A DNA stretch of 64,000 nucleotides, from NCBI RefSeq assembly GCF_032191835.1, contig NC_083237.1:11408001-11472000 (forward strand), given 5' to 3'. Under the pieces are notes generated by a model, which was not told the DNA's origin, ran no database searches, and saw only the letters and a list, made by a program, of their open reading frames with translations. The stretch is from Heteronotia binoei (Eukaryota). Positions 34,136-46,729 of the stretch are shown here, piece by piece (within the stretch, counting starts at the first letter, position 1; each line of letters starts with the position of its first letter). Position numbers and translations under genes: made by a program.

Positions 34136-35415
34136 CAGGGGTCATTTTGTAGAAAAATAGGTGGTGGAGCTCATCAGCATAACTCATTAGCATATGCCAT
34201 CCCCCCATCCAAAAGCAACCTGATGCAAGGAAGGAGAGGCCTGGGTGTAGGCTTCCCAATCCCCAGATCCCAGCAGGGGATCCCCGGTTTTACAGGCTTC
34301 CCCCCACCCCCAGCCAGCTGGCTGGCGGGGGGAAGCCACATCCCCACAGTCACCATGTACCTCTAAAGCGCCTGCAGGTTAAGAAACCTGCAAACAGGTC
34401 CCATTTTAAAATGCCTCTTTGTGTGTGTGCCCCTTTAAAGTTGAGCAGGAAGTACTTCATGGGGAAGGGTCAGAAGCAGAGCCTCTGTTTGTTTTGCTTT
34501 AGTTTCACAGTAAGTAAGAGTGTGTGCGTGTGAGAGTGTGAGCAGCATAGCCCCTCTAATTGTCAGATGTCGTCATAGAGGAACCAGATCCAGTGTGTGT
34601 GTGTGTGTATGTGTGTGAGAAAGAGAGAGTATTTTTCAGAAGTCTTTGTAGGGGAGGCAGTAATAGTGTGTGTCTTTCTCTGTGATGTTTTGCATTGTTT
34701 TCAGAGTCTTTGTATAGGAGCCTGTTTATGGGATAGAGGAAAACTCCACCTCTCTCTCTTTTGTTTGCCTGTGTTAGGCTGAAGAACAGCAGTTCCTGTG
34801 AGTAAAGCCCCAGTGAGATCATAAAAATGTGAGCTTGCAAACTCTGTGCATTTTGGTTGCTTTTTGTGTGTTTACACTTTCATTTACTAGAATTGCAGCT
34901 ATTGGGGGATGAGGAAATGATGACTATTCAGGTGAACTGCACTGCTGTATTTTTATGCATTTATTTTGGAAATGGGAAAGGCTGGCTCTGCCCCCAAAGT
35001 CTCCTGGCTCCACCCCCAAAGTCCCCAGGTATTTTCTGAATTAGACTTGGCAACCCTACCTGGGCGAGCAAGGCATGCTTGGGTTGGCTAGAGATCTAAC
35101 TAGCCCAAGCTGGCCCTGCTCAACTGGGGCTCTCCTTGACCGGCCTCCACCCACAGTCAAAAGGCCAGCAAGCCACCTGTCACCCAAAATCACATAAGAA
35201 GTGGAGAAAAGGTGGTGCAGGCTTCTCCAGGGGTTAATGGGGGCTGCTGGGGGCGTGGCAAAGCCCCTGGTGGCTGGCTGGCTGCTCTCCTAATCCAGGG
35301 ATTATGCAGCTGCACCTCCTATTCAATGGACAAGGTAGGTGGGGAGGAAGAGGGGGAACCCTCAGAAAGGTTCAGGAGCTGCACTCCTGTGAGCTCCTGC
35401 TGAATCTGAGGCCTG
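34136..35415. mobile_element. cagg-ended non-autonomous DNA transposon split by a nested hAT element
   Basis: The two halves rejoin colinearly with 6937-7407. Confidence 0.75.
34248..35058. mobile_element. Long (811 bp) member of the TAGGGTTGCCA hAT family
   Basis: Family termini taggcttcccaatcccc / ttggcaacccta; TSD cctgggtg / cctgggcg. Confidence 0.85.
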
Positions 35416-36645
35416 GGGGGTAGCTGTGAATTTCCTGCATTGTGCAGGGAGTTGGACTAGATGGCCCTTGGTGTTCTTTCTAGTTCTAGCTTTCTATGTC
35501 TCTCCAGTTGGGCCAGCATGCTCATAATATCATAGAGCAGTCAGTGCAATGAGTACATTGCCATAGTTAACATAGCAACATGAGTCTCTATATCTGTCTG
35601 CTGTTCCACCTCTTAACCTTTCCATTCCAAGTGTCAAAAGCAAAGCAGCTGATCAGGATCCATAGTAGTGGCCCAACATGAGGTAATGCTTGAGGCAACC
35701 AATCTTGGCCACCACCACCACCACCCTACACACTGCTATGAGCCTCTTTTCCTCTCCCAAGCCCAGGAAATGGAGAAGCTAAGATGACTTCTCTCCTTGT
35801 TCCCAAGCTCGGGGAGGGGGAGGGTCCCTGGGTGGGGGTGGAAGGGATGGAGACAGAGTGTACAAGGTGGAGAACAGTTCTTTTATTTATTAATTTTATT
35901 CCACCTTCCTCCTCCAGACAAGGCTTTTTATGCTGCTCTAGAGATTCTGGGGGACGGGATGAGTATGGGAACAGGATGACTGACAGACGTGCATGAACTT
36001 CAATTTTTAATCTGTCTCGGGACTGTCCCTGTGTCGGCTCTAACTGGCCATCTGGACCCAGCCATATTGTAGAGGTCTTTTGCAACTGACCTTCAGTCTT
36101 GTTTTAGTGAAGGCCAGAAGAGCGGTCTACACTGTCACTGGCCTATTCAACATGGATCCTTTTGAGCTGGTCTTTGGTGGCTTGTTCACTTTGACTCCAC
36201 CAGGGAAATCAGAGCATCTTGGTTTGAGACACACAGTCCCTTGACGGTATGTATGCAAAAGGCGGCTCATTATTCTGAAGGATGAACTTATATAAACCTT
36301 GCCTTGTCAATGCATAATTATCTAGCGAGGACGAAGGTAGGCTATCTGGCCATGGTAAGGGACTCAAAAACTCTTTCTTGTTGTCTTTAATTGCATCCGT
36401 TTTTGTCTGTAGTACTAATGAGGTGTGCCTGGCTTTTTCTAGAGATTTCATGTTATTGCTATTGCATAATGTTTGTTGCTTTAAAAAAAATATTCAGCGT
36501 AACTTCTGATCCACAATCAAGTCCCAACATTAAAGCATATTCTGATCCATAGCAAGAAGACCAGTAAAGGTTAAACATAAGGGGAAGCATAAATTATAAC
36601 AGAATGTCTTAGGAAATGCATCATTTTTTTAAAAAAAATGCCGAG

Positions 36646-37171
36646 ATATGAACATATGAAGCTGCCTTATACTGAATCAGACCCTCCTTGGTCCATCAAA
36701 GTCAGTATTGTCAGACTGGCAGTGGCTCTCAGACTGGAAAGAGCCAGTTTGGTGTGTAGAGCCAGTTTGGTGTAGTGGTTAAGTGTGCGGACTCTTATCT
36801 GGGAGAACCGGATTTGATTCCCCACTCCTCCACTTGCACCTGCTGGAATGGCCTTGGGTCAGCCATAGCTCTGGCAGAGGTTGTCCTTGAAAGGGCAGCT
36901 GCTGTGAGAGCCCTCTCAGCCCCACCAACCTCACAGGGTGTCTGTTGTGGGGGAGGAAGGTAAAGCAGATTGTGAGCCGCTCTGAGACTCTTTGGAGTGG
37001 AGGGCGGGATATAAATCCAATATCTTCTTCATCTTCATCTTCTTCTCTCCAGGGTCTCAAGCTGAGGTTTTTCACACCTATTTGCCTGGACCCTTTTTTG
37101 GAGATGCCAGGGATTGAACCTGGGACCTTCTGCTTATCAAGCAGATGCTCTACCACTGAGCCACCGTCCCT
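36646..37171 (-). mobile_element. tRNA SINE family A split by a family B SINE
   Basis: Family A halves at about 36646-36730 and 37046-37171. Confidence 0.85.
36741..37045 (+). mobile_element. tRNA SINE family B nested in a family A SINE
   Basis: Head gagccagtttggtgt duplicated (36741, 36759); (ctt)n tail. Confidence 0.88.
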
Positions 37172-37334
37172 CTGTAGAGATCAATTGATCTCTGATAGAG
37201 ATCAATTGCTGGCTGGGGTTGCTTCTTGAAGTAGAACCATCTTAATGTGAAGTGGACAACTGGGGCTAAGAACAACAGCGTACAGGAGGGGCTTTAATGA
37301 TGGATAGAAAAATGGTGAAGCAGCCCTAATAGAC

Positions 37335-37470
37335 CAGACAAGCCGGATCTCATCAGAGCTCAGAAGATAAGTAAGATCCAAACTCAGATGGGAGATCTAC
37401 CAAGAAGGCTCGTCAGAAGAAGACAAGGCCAAAGCCATCTCTCATATGAGGCAGAACTTCACATAGTTGC
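37335..37470 (+). mobile_element. Degenerate 5S-derived SINE
   Basis: gatctcatcagagctcagaagataag..gatgggagatctaccaagaa. Confidence 0.5.
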
Positions 37471-38016
37471 CTTGAGTCTGTTGAGGCTGGAGGAACACTG
37501 TACCTTTAGGAAAATAATGAGAATTGTCTTCATTTAGTTACCGATAGCTCCATTCTAAATAGTGCTTATGCAAATCTGATGCTCTTGTAGTGTATAACAG
37601 CTCCCAATGTATAGTGAAAAACCATGCACCTCTGTTTTTCTTTTGACAGTCACTTGTACAGGGACCTCCTCGTGAAACAAAACTGCCTTGGAAAAAAACA
37701 TGCTCTTAACTTTGGTAGAGGTAAACTAAATGACTATTGTGCCTTTCGGAGAAAGGAACTATAGAGGGGAAAACAGATAAGCAGAACTTTATCTCCTCCT
37801 GCTGTAGTGCTAGAACTCAACTGTCACCAGTGAAGCTGATGTCAATAAACTCAGGAACTATTCCTTTACTGAGCAATTAATTATATCGTGAATTTCACTG
37901 CCGGTGGGCATTGGGATGATCATCAGCACAGATGACTTTAAAGGGGGATTAGACAGATTCATGGAGGCGAAATCTTCAGTAAACCTTTGAATACCAGAGT
38001 AGAATGTCTCAGTAGA

Positions 38017-38300
38017 GAGCTACTTTGGTGTAGGGGTTAAGTTTGCGGACTCTTATCTGGGAGAACCAGGTTTGATTCCCCCCTCCTCCACTTACAGCTG
38101 CTGGAATGGCCTTGGGTTAGCCATAGCTATTGCAGGAGTTATCCTTGAAAGGGCAGCTGCCGTAAGAGCTCTCTCAACCCCACCTACTTCACAGGGTGTC
38201 TGTTGTGGGGGGAGAAGATATAAGAGATTGTAAGCCTCTCTGAGTCTCTGATTAAGGGAGAAGGGCGGGGTATAAATCTGTAGTCTTCTTCTTCATCATC
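38017..38300 (+). mobile_element. tRNA SINE family B
   Basis: tttggtgtaggggttaag head, gaagggcggggtataaatctg end, (ctt)n tail. Confidence 0.85.
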
Positions 38301-38667
38301 AGGGAAAGGTTTTGGTTTCTCGAAAAGCAATTTCAAACCGGTCTTCTTAGAAGTAAGTCCCATTATATTCAATGGGATTCACTTCCAGGGTAATGTTCTT
38401 TGGTATGCAGCCTATTCGTTCTTTGTCAGCTTTTCAGAGGAACTGCTTGGCTATTGTGTCTAAGAGATGGTAGGCTAGACAGACTGCTCTGCTATGTATA
38501 ATTTGACCCTTACTAGATTTCATTTATTGGGGAGTGGGGATTTATTTTATTTTTAAAAATTGTGCATTGAGATTTGAAAACTGGGAATGATGGCCTTGTT
38601 TGAACACTGCGAGGTCCAAAATATATACCTTTCAGATGTATGATCATTCCAGAACCTCAGGATCACC

Positions 38668-39615
38668 ATGGCACTGAAAAATCAGAGCAGCATGAATCAG
38701 GTGACAGAGTTCCTCTTAATTGGTTTCCAACTCCCTTGGCCCATGGAGGTCCTCCTCTTTGTGGCACTTCTTGTGGTTTTCCTGTTAACACTAGCTGGGA
38801 ACATTACCATCATCACGCTGGTGTGCCTCACCCAGCGGCTCCAAACACCTATGTACTTCTTCCTCTGCAATCTCTCCCTCCTAGAGATCCTCTTTGTCTT
38901 GACAGTCACACCCAAGATGCTGGTCAACCTTGTTTCCTTGAACAAGACAATTTCATTCATTGGTTGTGCTGCCCAATGTTATTTCTACTTCTTTCTCGGG
39001 ACGTGCGAGATCATCCTCATCGCTGTGATGGCGTTTGACCGCTACGTTGCCATCTGCCACCCACTTCGCTATCTGGTCATCATAAATGGGCATGTCTGCA
39101 TTTCGTTGGTCCTGGCCTGCTGGATAGGTGCTTTACTTAACAACTTTGTTCCCGTGATTTTGTTGGCCCGGCTATCTTTCTGTGGCTCTAATGTCATCGA
39201 CCATTTCTTCTGTGACTACGCCCCAATGGTAAAGCTTTCTTGCAATGATGTCCATTTACCTCTGGCTTTGGAGGCCATCCTGTCGGCAATTGTGCTACTC
39301 AGCTCAATGTCTGTTACTGGCATCTCTTACCTCTACATCGTAGCCACCATCTTGCGCATGCACTCCACCCAAGGCCGGCTAAAGACGTTTTCCACCTGTG
39401 CATCCCACCTTACTGTAGCATCCATCTTTTATGGCAGTGCCATTTTCATGTACTCTTTGCCTAGCCAGGGACGCTCTCGGGATGTCCAAAAGGCAGTAGC
39501 GGTTCTCACGGCTGTGGTGACCCCATTACTCAATCCTTTTATATATTCTCTGAGGAATGAGAAAGTCAAGGAGGCCTTCAGAGATTGTCTACGGAAGAAG
39601 AAATTTGTGCTGTGA
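38668..39615 (+). CDS. Olfactory receptor, class II (family 6-like), intact, 315 aa
   Basis: accATGg start, NQS sequon, [50 protein letters not shown]; upstream AG acceptors; aataaa near 39831. Confidence 0.96.
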   Translation: MALKNQSSMNQVTEFLLIGFQLPWPMEVLLFVALLVVFLLTLAGNITIITLVCLTQRLQTPMYFFLCNLSLLEILFVLTVTPKMLVNLVSLNKTISFIGCAAQCYFYFFLGTCEIILIAVMAFDRYVAICHPLRYLVIINGHVCISLVLACWIGALLNNFVPVILLARLSFCGSNVIDHFFCDYAPMVKLSCNDVHLPLALEAILSAIVLLSSMSVTGISYLYIVATILRMHSTQGRLKTFSTCASHLTVASIFYGSAIFMYSLPSQGRSRDVQKAVAVLTAVVTPLLNPFIYSLRNEKVKEAFRDCLRKKKFVL

Positions 39616-41699
39616 GAAGAATGGTGCCATCTTGAGCTATCGACTGTGTCCTTTGAGTTGTTGGGATACCCATGGTCAAGATTACGCACAGCTGAAGAAG
39701 GAGAAAGAATTGTCGACTGACAAATCTGATGCTTGTAGTACAAAAATGGTTTCTGATGGGCTTGTGTTCTTGAATTAAGTAGGAGAGAAGGGGTTAATGA
39801 GAATAATATTTCACAGTTTTGCGATGACCAATAAAAACCCCTGCTGCACAGATTTGTTGCAACCAACCAGAAAAGAAATGTTGTAAGTGCAACATGATCA
39901 CGATAGGCAACTTGATTTTACATGGAACTTTGCAGTGAATCCCAAACAAAGCAATACCCTTCTAAACTACAGTAGCTTTACAAGGGTGCAGCTATGCTTA
40001 GAATTGAATTAAATGGACTTCTCTCCTTTCTACTCGATAGAACTTGTTTTGGGTGTTAAGAGTTTAGACCCCAAATAGCTGTGGATGCAGGGCCAGAATT
40101 CTTCCCCCCCTCCCCCCCCCCACACCATTGCCCTGCCCCGGCTACTCTCAATCCAAATCAACAGAAAAAAAGGCACAAAATACGTTGTATTTTTTTGGAG
40201 CCTTCAAATTTATAATGTATTAACATTTTCCTTACTATTTTCATCAAGTACGATGTTGTTTTATCTGTCTTGAGTCACTGGTTGACATTTGGAAAGTCAA
40301 AGTATCAATACTGTATAATTAAAAAAAAAACCTGCTCTTTTTAATAAAGACAATGTATTTCCATTTGAGCTTTAATATCTTGTCTTGGCTTTAGTTATTT
40401 TTTTTTTAAAGTAGGGGTGAGGTCACACGTCACATTAAAAGCGGGTGTGTAGCGCTCAAATTTGAACCGCTGAATATTGATTCGATGCAGGGCCATTCAG
40501 ACAAGCATCCAAGAATGCGACTCATTCTGTTGTTGAGCGATCAGACATCCAATACTATCACTTTCTTTTCTTGGAGCATGCGTGATCAGATGGTGATTTC
40601 TGGGTGGGGGGGGGGGGTCCATTGAACATGCACCCAACTGTTTGGAGGTGGGAAATCAAACATTGCTTCAGAGGCAGGGGGGAGGGAAGGGGGGAAAGTT
40701 TCCAGAATTAACGTTGCCAATTCAAACCAAGGAACTGCCATTAATTACTTTCCTAGAAATTGGCAGTGACAATGATATCTGGAAATCTTCCACACTGTTC
40801 TGAATAGTGGGATAACGTCTCCCCCCTTCCAATCCTGTGTTGATTGGAGAAGCAGAAGCGTCACCTCAGATTCCTGGATGATCTGGCAATGCGCATGTCT
40901 GCTGGGGCTTTTTTTTTTTTTTAAAGGTGGGAGGGGCGGTAAACATTCCAAGGGGCACTGTCGCACATGAGCTGTCCAAACAGGAAAAAGCCGATCTTGT
41001 GCCGCTTTTTTGAAAAAGGGCCGGACTTTCTGCGCTGTCAAATTAATGTGGCATTGATCCACAGCAAGCTGGGATGACCCTGGATGATGCTCGATGGCCA
41101 GATGTGGATGTCTGAATGAACACATTTAATCCGTCAGCGGGACAGAGCTGTGTCACCACTAATGGTACGTCGGACTGCGCCCTAGTACACTTTTTCTTGA
41201 TAATATCATAAGAGCAGACTTAGGCTTTTTTAAACCAAAGTGCACGGCTGACAAATTATTTTCAATGAATAAAGAGAAGTATAAAATCATCTGCTCAAAT
41301 GCAAACTGACCAGGTGACTTCAGGCGCTCTACTGTTCTTTTTGCCTCTCCCCCTGCAATACAACAAATAGACCCTAGCTGGCAGAGCTGCTGTAGGGATT
41401 ACAAACAGAGAAAAGAGTTCACAGAATCATAGAATTGGAAGGGACCTCCAGGGTCATCTCGTTGATAATGGACCCTTGGTACTCTGTTTGAGGGAGGTGG
41501 AGGGTCCAGTGAAAACCTCTCACCTTCACCCCTTATGCCAGCTGGTATGATCTCGCCCAATCCCAGAAGTAGCAGTGGTTTAGCACACAGGAAACCTTTG
41601 GATCAGTGCACGACCACCATTTCCCCCATTGCTTCCTTGGGTGCCTGCTTCACTTTGCAGAAAGTGGGTGGGAAGGCTGGGCTTGTTACTGCCTGCCTT

Positions 41700-41910
41700 C
41701 ATTCCAGTGAAATAGTTTTTCACAACTACAACTACTGGAGGGTCAGGAAGACAAAGACCAGGCCTCGGATTCAGCAGGAGCTCACAGGAGTGCAGCTCCT
41801 GAACCTTTCTGAGGGTTCCCCCTACCCACCTTGCCCACTGAATAGCAGGTGCAGCTGCAAAACAACCCCTGGATGAGCTCCACCACCTATTTTTCTACAA
41901 AACGACCCCT
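41700..41910. mobile_element. cagg-ended DNA element fragment, reverse orientation
   Basis: caggcctcggattcagcaggagctc..gagctccaccacctatttttctacaaaacgacccctg, the reverse complement of the 34136 family ends. Confidence 0.7.
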
Positions 41911-42086
41911 GAGGAAGACTGCTAGGTACCTGAATTTCTCTTGGTTAGTGTGTGGTTTCATTTCTTCTCCAGGCTTTCCTTTTCTCAGTTTCCCCTTCTC
42001 TTCAGTGTTCTGCAATGTTGCCATATGGTTCTTTTCCAAAATGGAGTGTGGTGGGGAGGTATTGCCTTTTGCTCCACCTCTTACGG

Positions 42087-42224
42087 CAGGGGTGGCCAAC
42101 GGTAGCTCTCCAGATGTTTTTCTGCCTACAACTTTCATCAGCCCCAGCCAGCATGGCCAATGGCTGGGGCTGATGGGAGTTGTAGGCAAAAAAAAATCTG
42201 GAAAGCTACCGTCGGCCACCCCTG
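42087..42224. mobile_element. Short palindromic hAT MITE, 138 bp
   Basis: caggggtggccaacggtagct / agctaccgtcggccacccctg; TSD tcttacgg / tcttacag. Confidence 0.88.
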
Positions 42225-42422
42225 TCTTACAGCAACCATTTTGAGTTTGGCTATGTGACAGCCATTTTGTGCTCTCAAATTCCAAAGGTAACTGCAGATT
42301 TGAAGTAGCGGGGATGAGACCCTGTCCTAGGAGAAAGGTTGATGTAAGCCACCATGAAGCAGAAGAAGACAGTACTTGGTGAAAAAGTCCAAGGCAGTAG
42401 GAGGGGGGGAAGTAGATCCTGA

Positions 42423-42623
42423 TAGGGTTGCCAGCCATTAGGTGGGGACTGGAGATCTGATTTCACAACTGATCTCCAGCTCTGCTGGAGAAAATGGCTG
42501 CTTTGAAGGCTGGACTTTTCAGCATTGCACCATGCTAAGGTGCCTCCCCTCCCGAAGCCCCTCCTTCTCCTGGATCCACCCCAAAGCCTCCAGACCTTTT
42601 CCAACACAGACCTGGCAACCCTA
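42423..42623. mobile_element. Short TAGGGTTGCCA-ended MITE, different subfamily
   Basis: tagggttgccag / ctggcaacccta termini; TSD not matched. Related pieces near 43745-43813 and 44352-44530. Confidence 0.65.
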
Positions 42624-43172
42624 AGCCACAACCTTCAGTTTGCAAGACCTGTTGCAGGGACAGCACCTGTGTGTGTGGGGTGGGGGTTGGCATTAAGAAG
42701 AAAGCCTAAGGCAGCCTATAGAAAGGTCTGACCATAGAGTTCCTGAAGGCGGGGGGCTGGTTCCCAGAGCTCCTGGCAGCGACAAGAGTAGCTCTAGCAA
42801 CTGCCAGAAACTCTATGGTCAGAACTTCCTGTGAATAGACAATGCATTGTTTTTCTTTCAAGGTTTTTCTTCCCTGGAGAATTGCATCCCCACCCCCCTC
42901 CACACATGCACACTTTGGCTCCAGTTTTCCCTGCTGATCATCTGAGCGTCAGTGAGAAAGGGCTGTGATTGCTAGGAGGTCTCCCACCATAAGCAGGCAA
43001 ATGGGAACCTTACATAAAGGCCAGAAGATAGCTCCTAGGTCCTCCTGTAAAGCTAGTTGCCAACTCTTTGTTGGGAAACTCATGGAGCTCTGGGGATGCA
43101 GCCAGGGGAGGGGAGGATTTTGGAGGGGGGAGGGATCTCAGTATAGTGCCCTCCAAAGCAAGCATTTTCTCC

Positions 43173-43743
43173 AGAAGAAGAAGATATTGGATTTATAATC
43201 TCCCCTTCACTCAATCTCAGAGTGGTTTACAATCTCCTTTACCTTCCCCCCCCAAAAAAAGATATCCTGTGAGGTAAGTGGGGCTAAGAGAGCTCTCATA
43301 GAAACTGCCCTTTTGAGGGCAGCTCCACGAAAGCTATGGCTGACCCGAGGCCATTCCAGCAGCTTAAAATGTACTGGTTTTGAAGCATGAGGATGCTCAC
43401 ATGATAGTGAACTCAGCTCTTTATTCAGTGATTCAGCATAGCAAGCTAAAAACTAGACTGGCTTGCAGGGCCAAAGGCCCTGCTTATATGTATGCAAATA
43501 ACTCCACCCCCAAACCCATCACACACAACTATAGGTTTACGGCTGGTGTAATGACCCCTGATTGGCCTCCTTCCAGAATCCAGGTGGCTATTGTTTAAGG
43601 AGCCTCAAGCACAGCCAAGTCCCTGATTGCCCCTGAGGCCAAGTTCCAGTCTCAACACAGCTGCAAGTGGAGGAGTGGGGGAAGAAACCCAGTTCTCCCA
43701 GATAAGAGTCTGTGCCCTTAACCACTACCCCAAACTGGCTCTC
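43173..43743 (-). mobile_element. tRNA SINE family B split by a solo LTR
   Basis: The SINE reads through ccattccag-cagct-gcaagtggaggag once the insert is removed. Confidence 0.85.
43365..43657 (-). mobile_element. Solo Gypsy-type LTR, 293 bp
   Basis: 5-bp TSD cagct (43360-43364, 43658-43662); homologous along its length to 30694-30989. Confidence 0.88.
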
Positions 43744-44570
43744 ACAGTTGTAGTCTGAGATTAGTGGAGATTCGGAGAGATCTCCAGGTCCCAATTGGAA
43801 GTTGGCAACCCTGAGTCCCACCCGCCCAGCTAGAGATGGTATATAGGCCTGCAACATGCTACCTGGAAATAAAAAGAGAGGGTTGCTGCTTTCTTGGCCA
43901 GCAGTTTACCAGCTTTTTTTTTAAAAAAAAGTCTCATTAAGCTGCATATAAATAGTCCAAATAAATATTGAAATTAAGGAGCAATTGCACGCTTTAGCAG
44001 AGAACATGAACACAGCAGCCTTGAAACAGCAGTTCTCAGGCTAGAAGCAGACTGTGAATCTACAAGTATAAAGCAAAGAGAGCCCTTCAGGCAAAAGACT
44101 GAGTGAAGGAAAGGCTTTGCACCTGCAGTGGGACTAGGTGACATCCATGCCTCTGCATTTTTGGGAGGTCCATTTGCCAGAAGACTCAACTGATAGCCAC
44201 TCGTGATGAGGCAGAACATATAAGCTGCAGAGAGCCAATATCTGCTGCTTATACCTTCCATTTGACCTGCTAGGGTAAATATATCCTCTGAGTCTGACCT
44301 AATACTACCCTAGTGCCATGCAAGGAGCTGCAGTATATTTCTGGTTGGAGTTTAGGGCTGCCAACTCCAGGTTGTGGGCAGAGCTTGGAGAGGGTCCAGT
44401 TGGGTGAAGGGAAGAAACTCCACAGAGAGTTATACCACAGAGACCACCCTCCAAAGTTTTCCTTCTGTCCAGAGGAACTGATCTCTGCAGCCTGGAAATC
44501 AACTGGCGTTCTAGGAGATTTCCAGGCCCTACTTGGTGACTGCCAACTCTGTTGGAGGGATGGCTGCTTC

Positions 44571-44746
44571 CAGGGCCTTTTTTTTAGCAGGAAGTCCTTT
44601 GCATATTAGGCCACACACCCCTGACATAGCCAAACCCCCAAGAGGGCTGTTCTTCCAGGGCTGACTGCAAGCTCCAGGAGGATTGGCTACATCAGGGGTG
44701 TGTGGCCTAATATGCAAAGGACTTCCTGCTACAAAAAAAAGCCCTG
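44571..44746. mobile_element. Short cagggc-ended hAT-like MITE
   Basis: cagggcctttttttt..agcagg / cctgctacaaaaaaaagccctg; flanks gctgcttc / gctgtttg. Confidence 0.75.
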
Positions 44747-44801
44747 GCTGTTTGAATCCAGGCACTGACCCTGCAAAGCAAAATAGTTTGAGAGTCTACA
44801 C

Positions 44802-44937
44802 CAGAGGTGGCCAACGGTAGCTCTGCAGATGTTTTTTGCCTCTAACTCCCATCAGTCCCAGCCATTGGCCATGCTGGCTGGGGCTGATGGGAGTTGTAAG
44901 CAAAAAATATCTGAAGAGCTACCGTTGGCCACCCCTG
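44802..44937. mobile_element. Short palindromic hAT MITE (same family as 42087-42224)
   Basis: Perfect 8-bp TSD gtctacac. Confidence 0.9.
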
Positions 44938-45236
44938 GTCTACACCAAGGCATGATGGCTCATCACTCAGACTCTTTTAGTTCAGCAAGACTACTTTCAA
45001 GTAGATAATGCATACAAATACAGCCTGGGAGGGTAGATTTAGGATGGTAACAGGAAGTGCATCTTCATTTGGAGAGTAATTTAGTTTTGGAATCCCCTGT
45101 TGTTTAGTAGCTTAGGAGGCCTCCAAAGGGGAACACAGCAGCCAATTGCATGGAGGAGAGGTCCATCACTGCCTACCTGCCATGATGATGAAATGGAGCC
45201 TCTATGTTCAGAGGCAGTAGCACTCTTAATATCAGG

Positions 45237-45731
45237 TAGGGTTCCCAGGTCCAATTCAAGAGCTATCCGGGTACTTTGAGGGTGGAGCCAGGAGACTTTG
45301 GGGTGGAGCCAGGAGCAAGCATAATTGGACTCCAACGGTGAGTTCTGGCCATCACATTTAGAGGTACTGCACACCTTTTAAATGCCTTCCTTTCATTGGA
45401 AATAATGAAGGATATGGGCACCTTTTGAGGTGGCTCATAGAATTGGACCCCATGGCCCAATCTTTTTTGAAACTTGGAGGAGATTCAACTTCCTGGTTCA
45501 ACTGTTTGGAAACGAGATGGAGGAGAGGCACCGGTTGCTATGCTGCAAATTTGGTGCCTCTTACCTCAAAAAACAACCCTCCCAGAGCCTCAGATACTCA
45601 CAGAATTGGTCTCTATAGGGAACAAGGGAGTGCCCAACAGACATTCCCTTCCCCCCATTTTCTGATGACCCTGAAGCGGGGGGAGGGCCTCCAAAACAGG
45701 GATCCCCTGCCTCCGCCTGGGGATTGGCAAC
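45237..45731. mobile_element. Diverged TAGGGTTGCCA-family MITE with damaged right end
   Basis: Colinear with 14125-14633; ends ggattggcaac without ccta. Confidence 0.8.
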
Positions 45732-46729
45732 AGTTAGGAGGTGAGTATACAGAGAAAGAGGCCTTAGCAGCCATGCAATGGATGTAAAGCTTTTCAAGCT
45801 CTTATTTAGAGGGCAAATACCATGGCATTGTCCTCTCCTTCCTTGGATGGGGGCATTTAATCAGTGGATGAGCTGGTCTTGTTGCTTTGATCCTGCCAGG
45901 TGATGCCTTTTGAAAAAGTGCTCTTATACATTATATTTGATACCCACTATGACCACCAGGAACATGACAGTTGTGTTTAATTTGATTGACTGGCATTTGA
46001 GGGAGGAAATCTGAGCAGAGGACAAGCCCGAGAAAAACTGTGAGCACTGCTTACCAGAAACTGAATCCCAGGTGTCTTGCATTTGAACTTTGGATTGTTT
46101 GTGGTTCTTGTTCCTTTGGGAAACTCTCTATGAAACACAGAGGAGGAAAAAGCCCTGATGGGAATTAGTAGCTATGAGTGCTAAAAAGAGATCCGAAGTT
46201 ACCCTCTGAGTAGCAAGGAAAACTGCAAGATCTTCTCTTACCAGATATTTCTTTCTTCCCCACTCCCCAGAAAAGATAATGCTCAAACCTCACCAGAACA
46301 GTGAGAAATTTACTAGGAAAACTTTGAATCAGCATGCTTCATCAAAAGAACACTGATCTTCATTTCGGGGCTGAGCACTAGATCTGCTACTACTTGTAAT
46401 ACCAATTAGGATCTTCCTATGAAATCAGAGTTTTAACACCTGTATCAACCATCCTGTTCCCTAAGACCTAGAATAGAACGTCTTCTGAAACGCCCATCCC
46501 TTGTCAGGTTGGTGACCACCATGAAAAGGACTTTCTTGTCCCCAAATTGTTGTCAAATTACATACCTGGGTTCTTTTCAGTAGCTTCAATGGAATATTTC
46601 AAGAGGCAAATTATAACAAACTCGCCATTTTAACAATGATGGCATTTCATCCACAACTGCCTTACCTCCTTCAAATGGTTTTATTGTTTGTTTGCTAGCT
46701 TGCTTTTGTAAACTGCATTTTAGCTTTGG

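Noticed and set aside
40490-41121. Possible Harbinger-like element with cattcagaca inverted ends
   Set aside because: The inverted match is about 10 bp, with no TSD and no second copy in the window.
41887-42438. 183-aa minus-strand ORF
   Set aside because: Runs across three unrelated MITE fragments.
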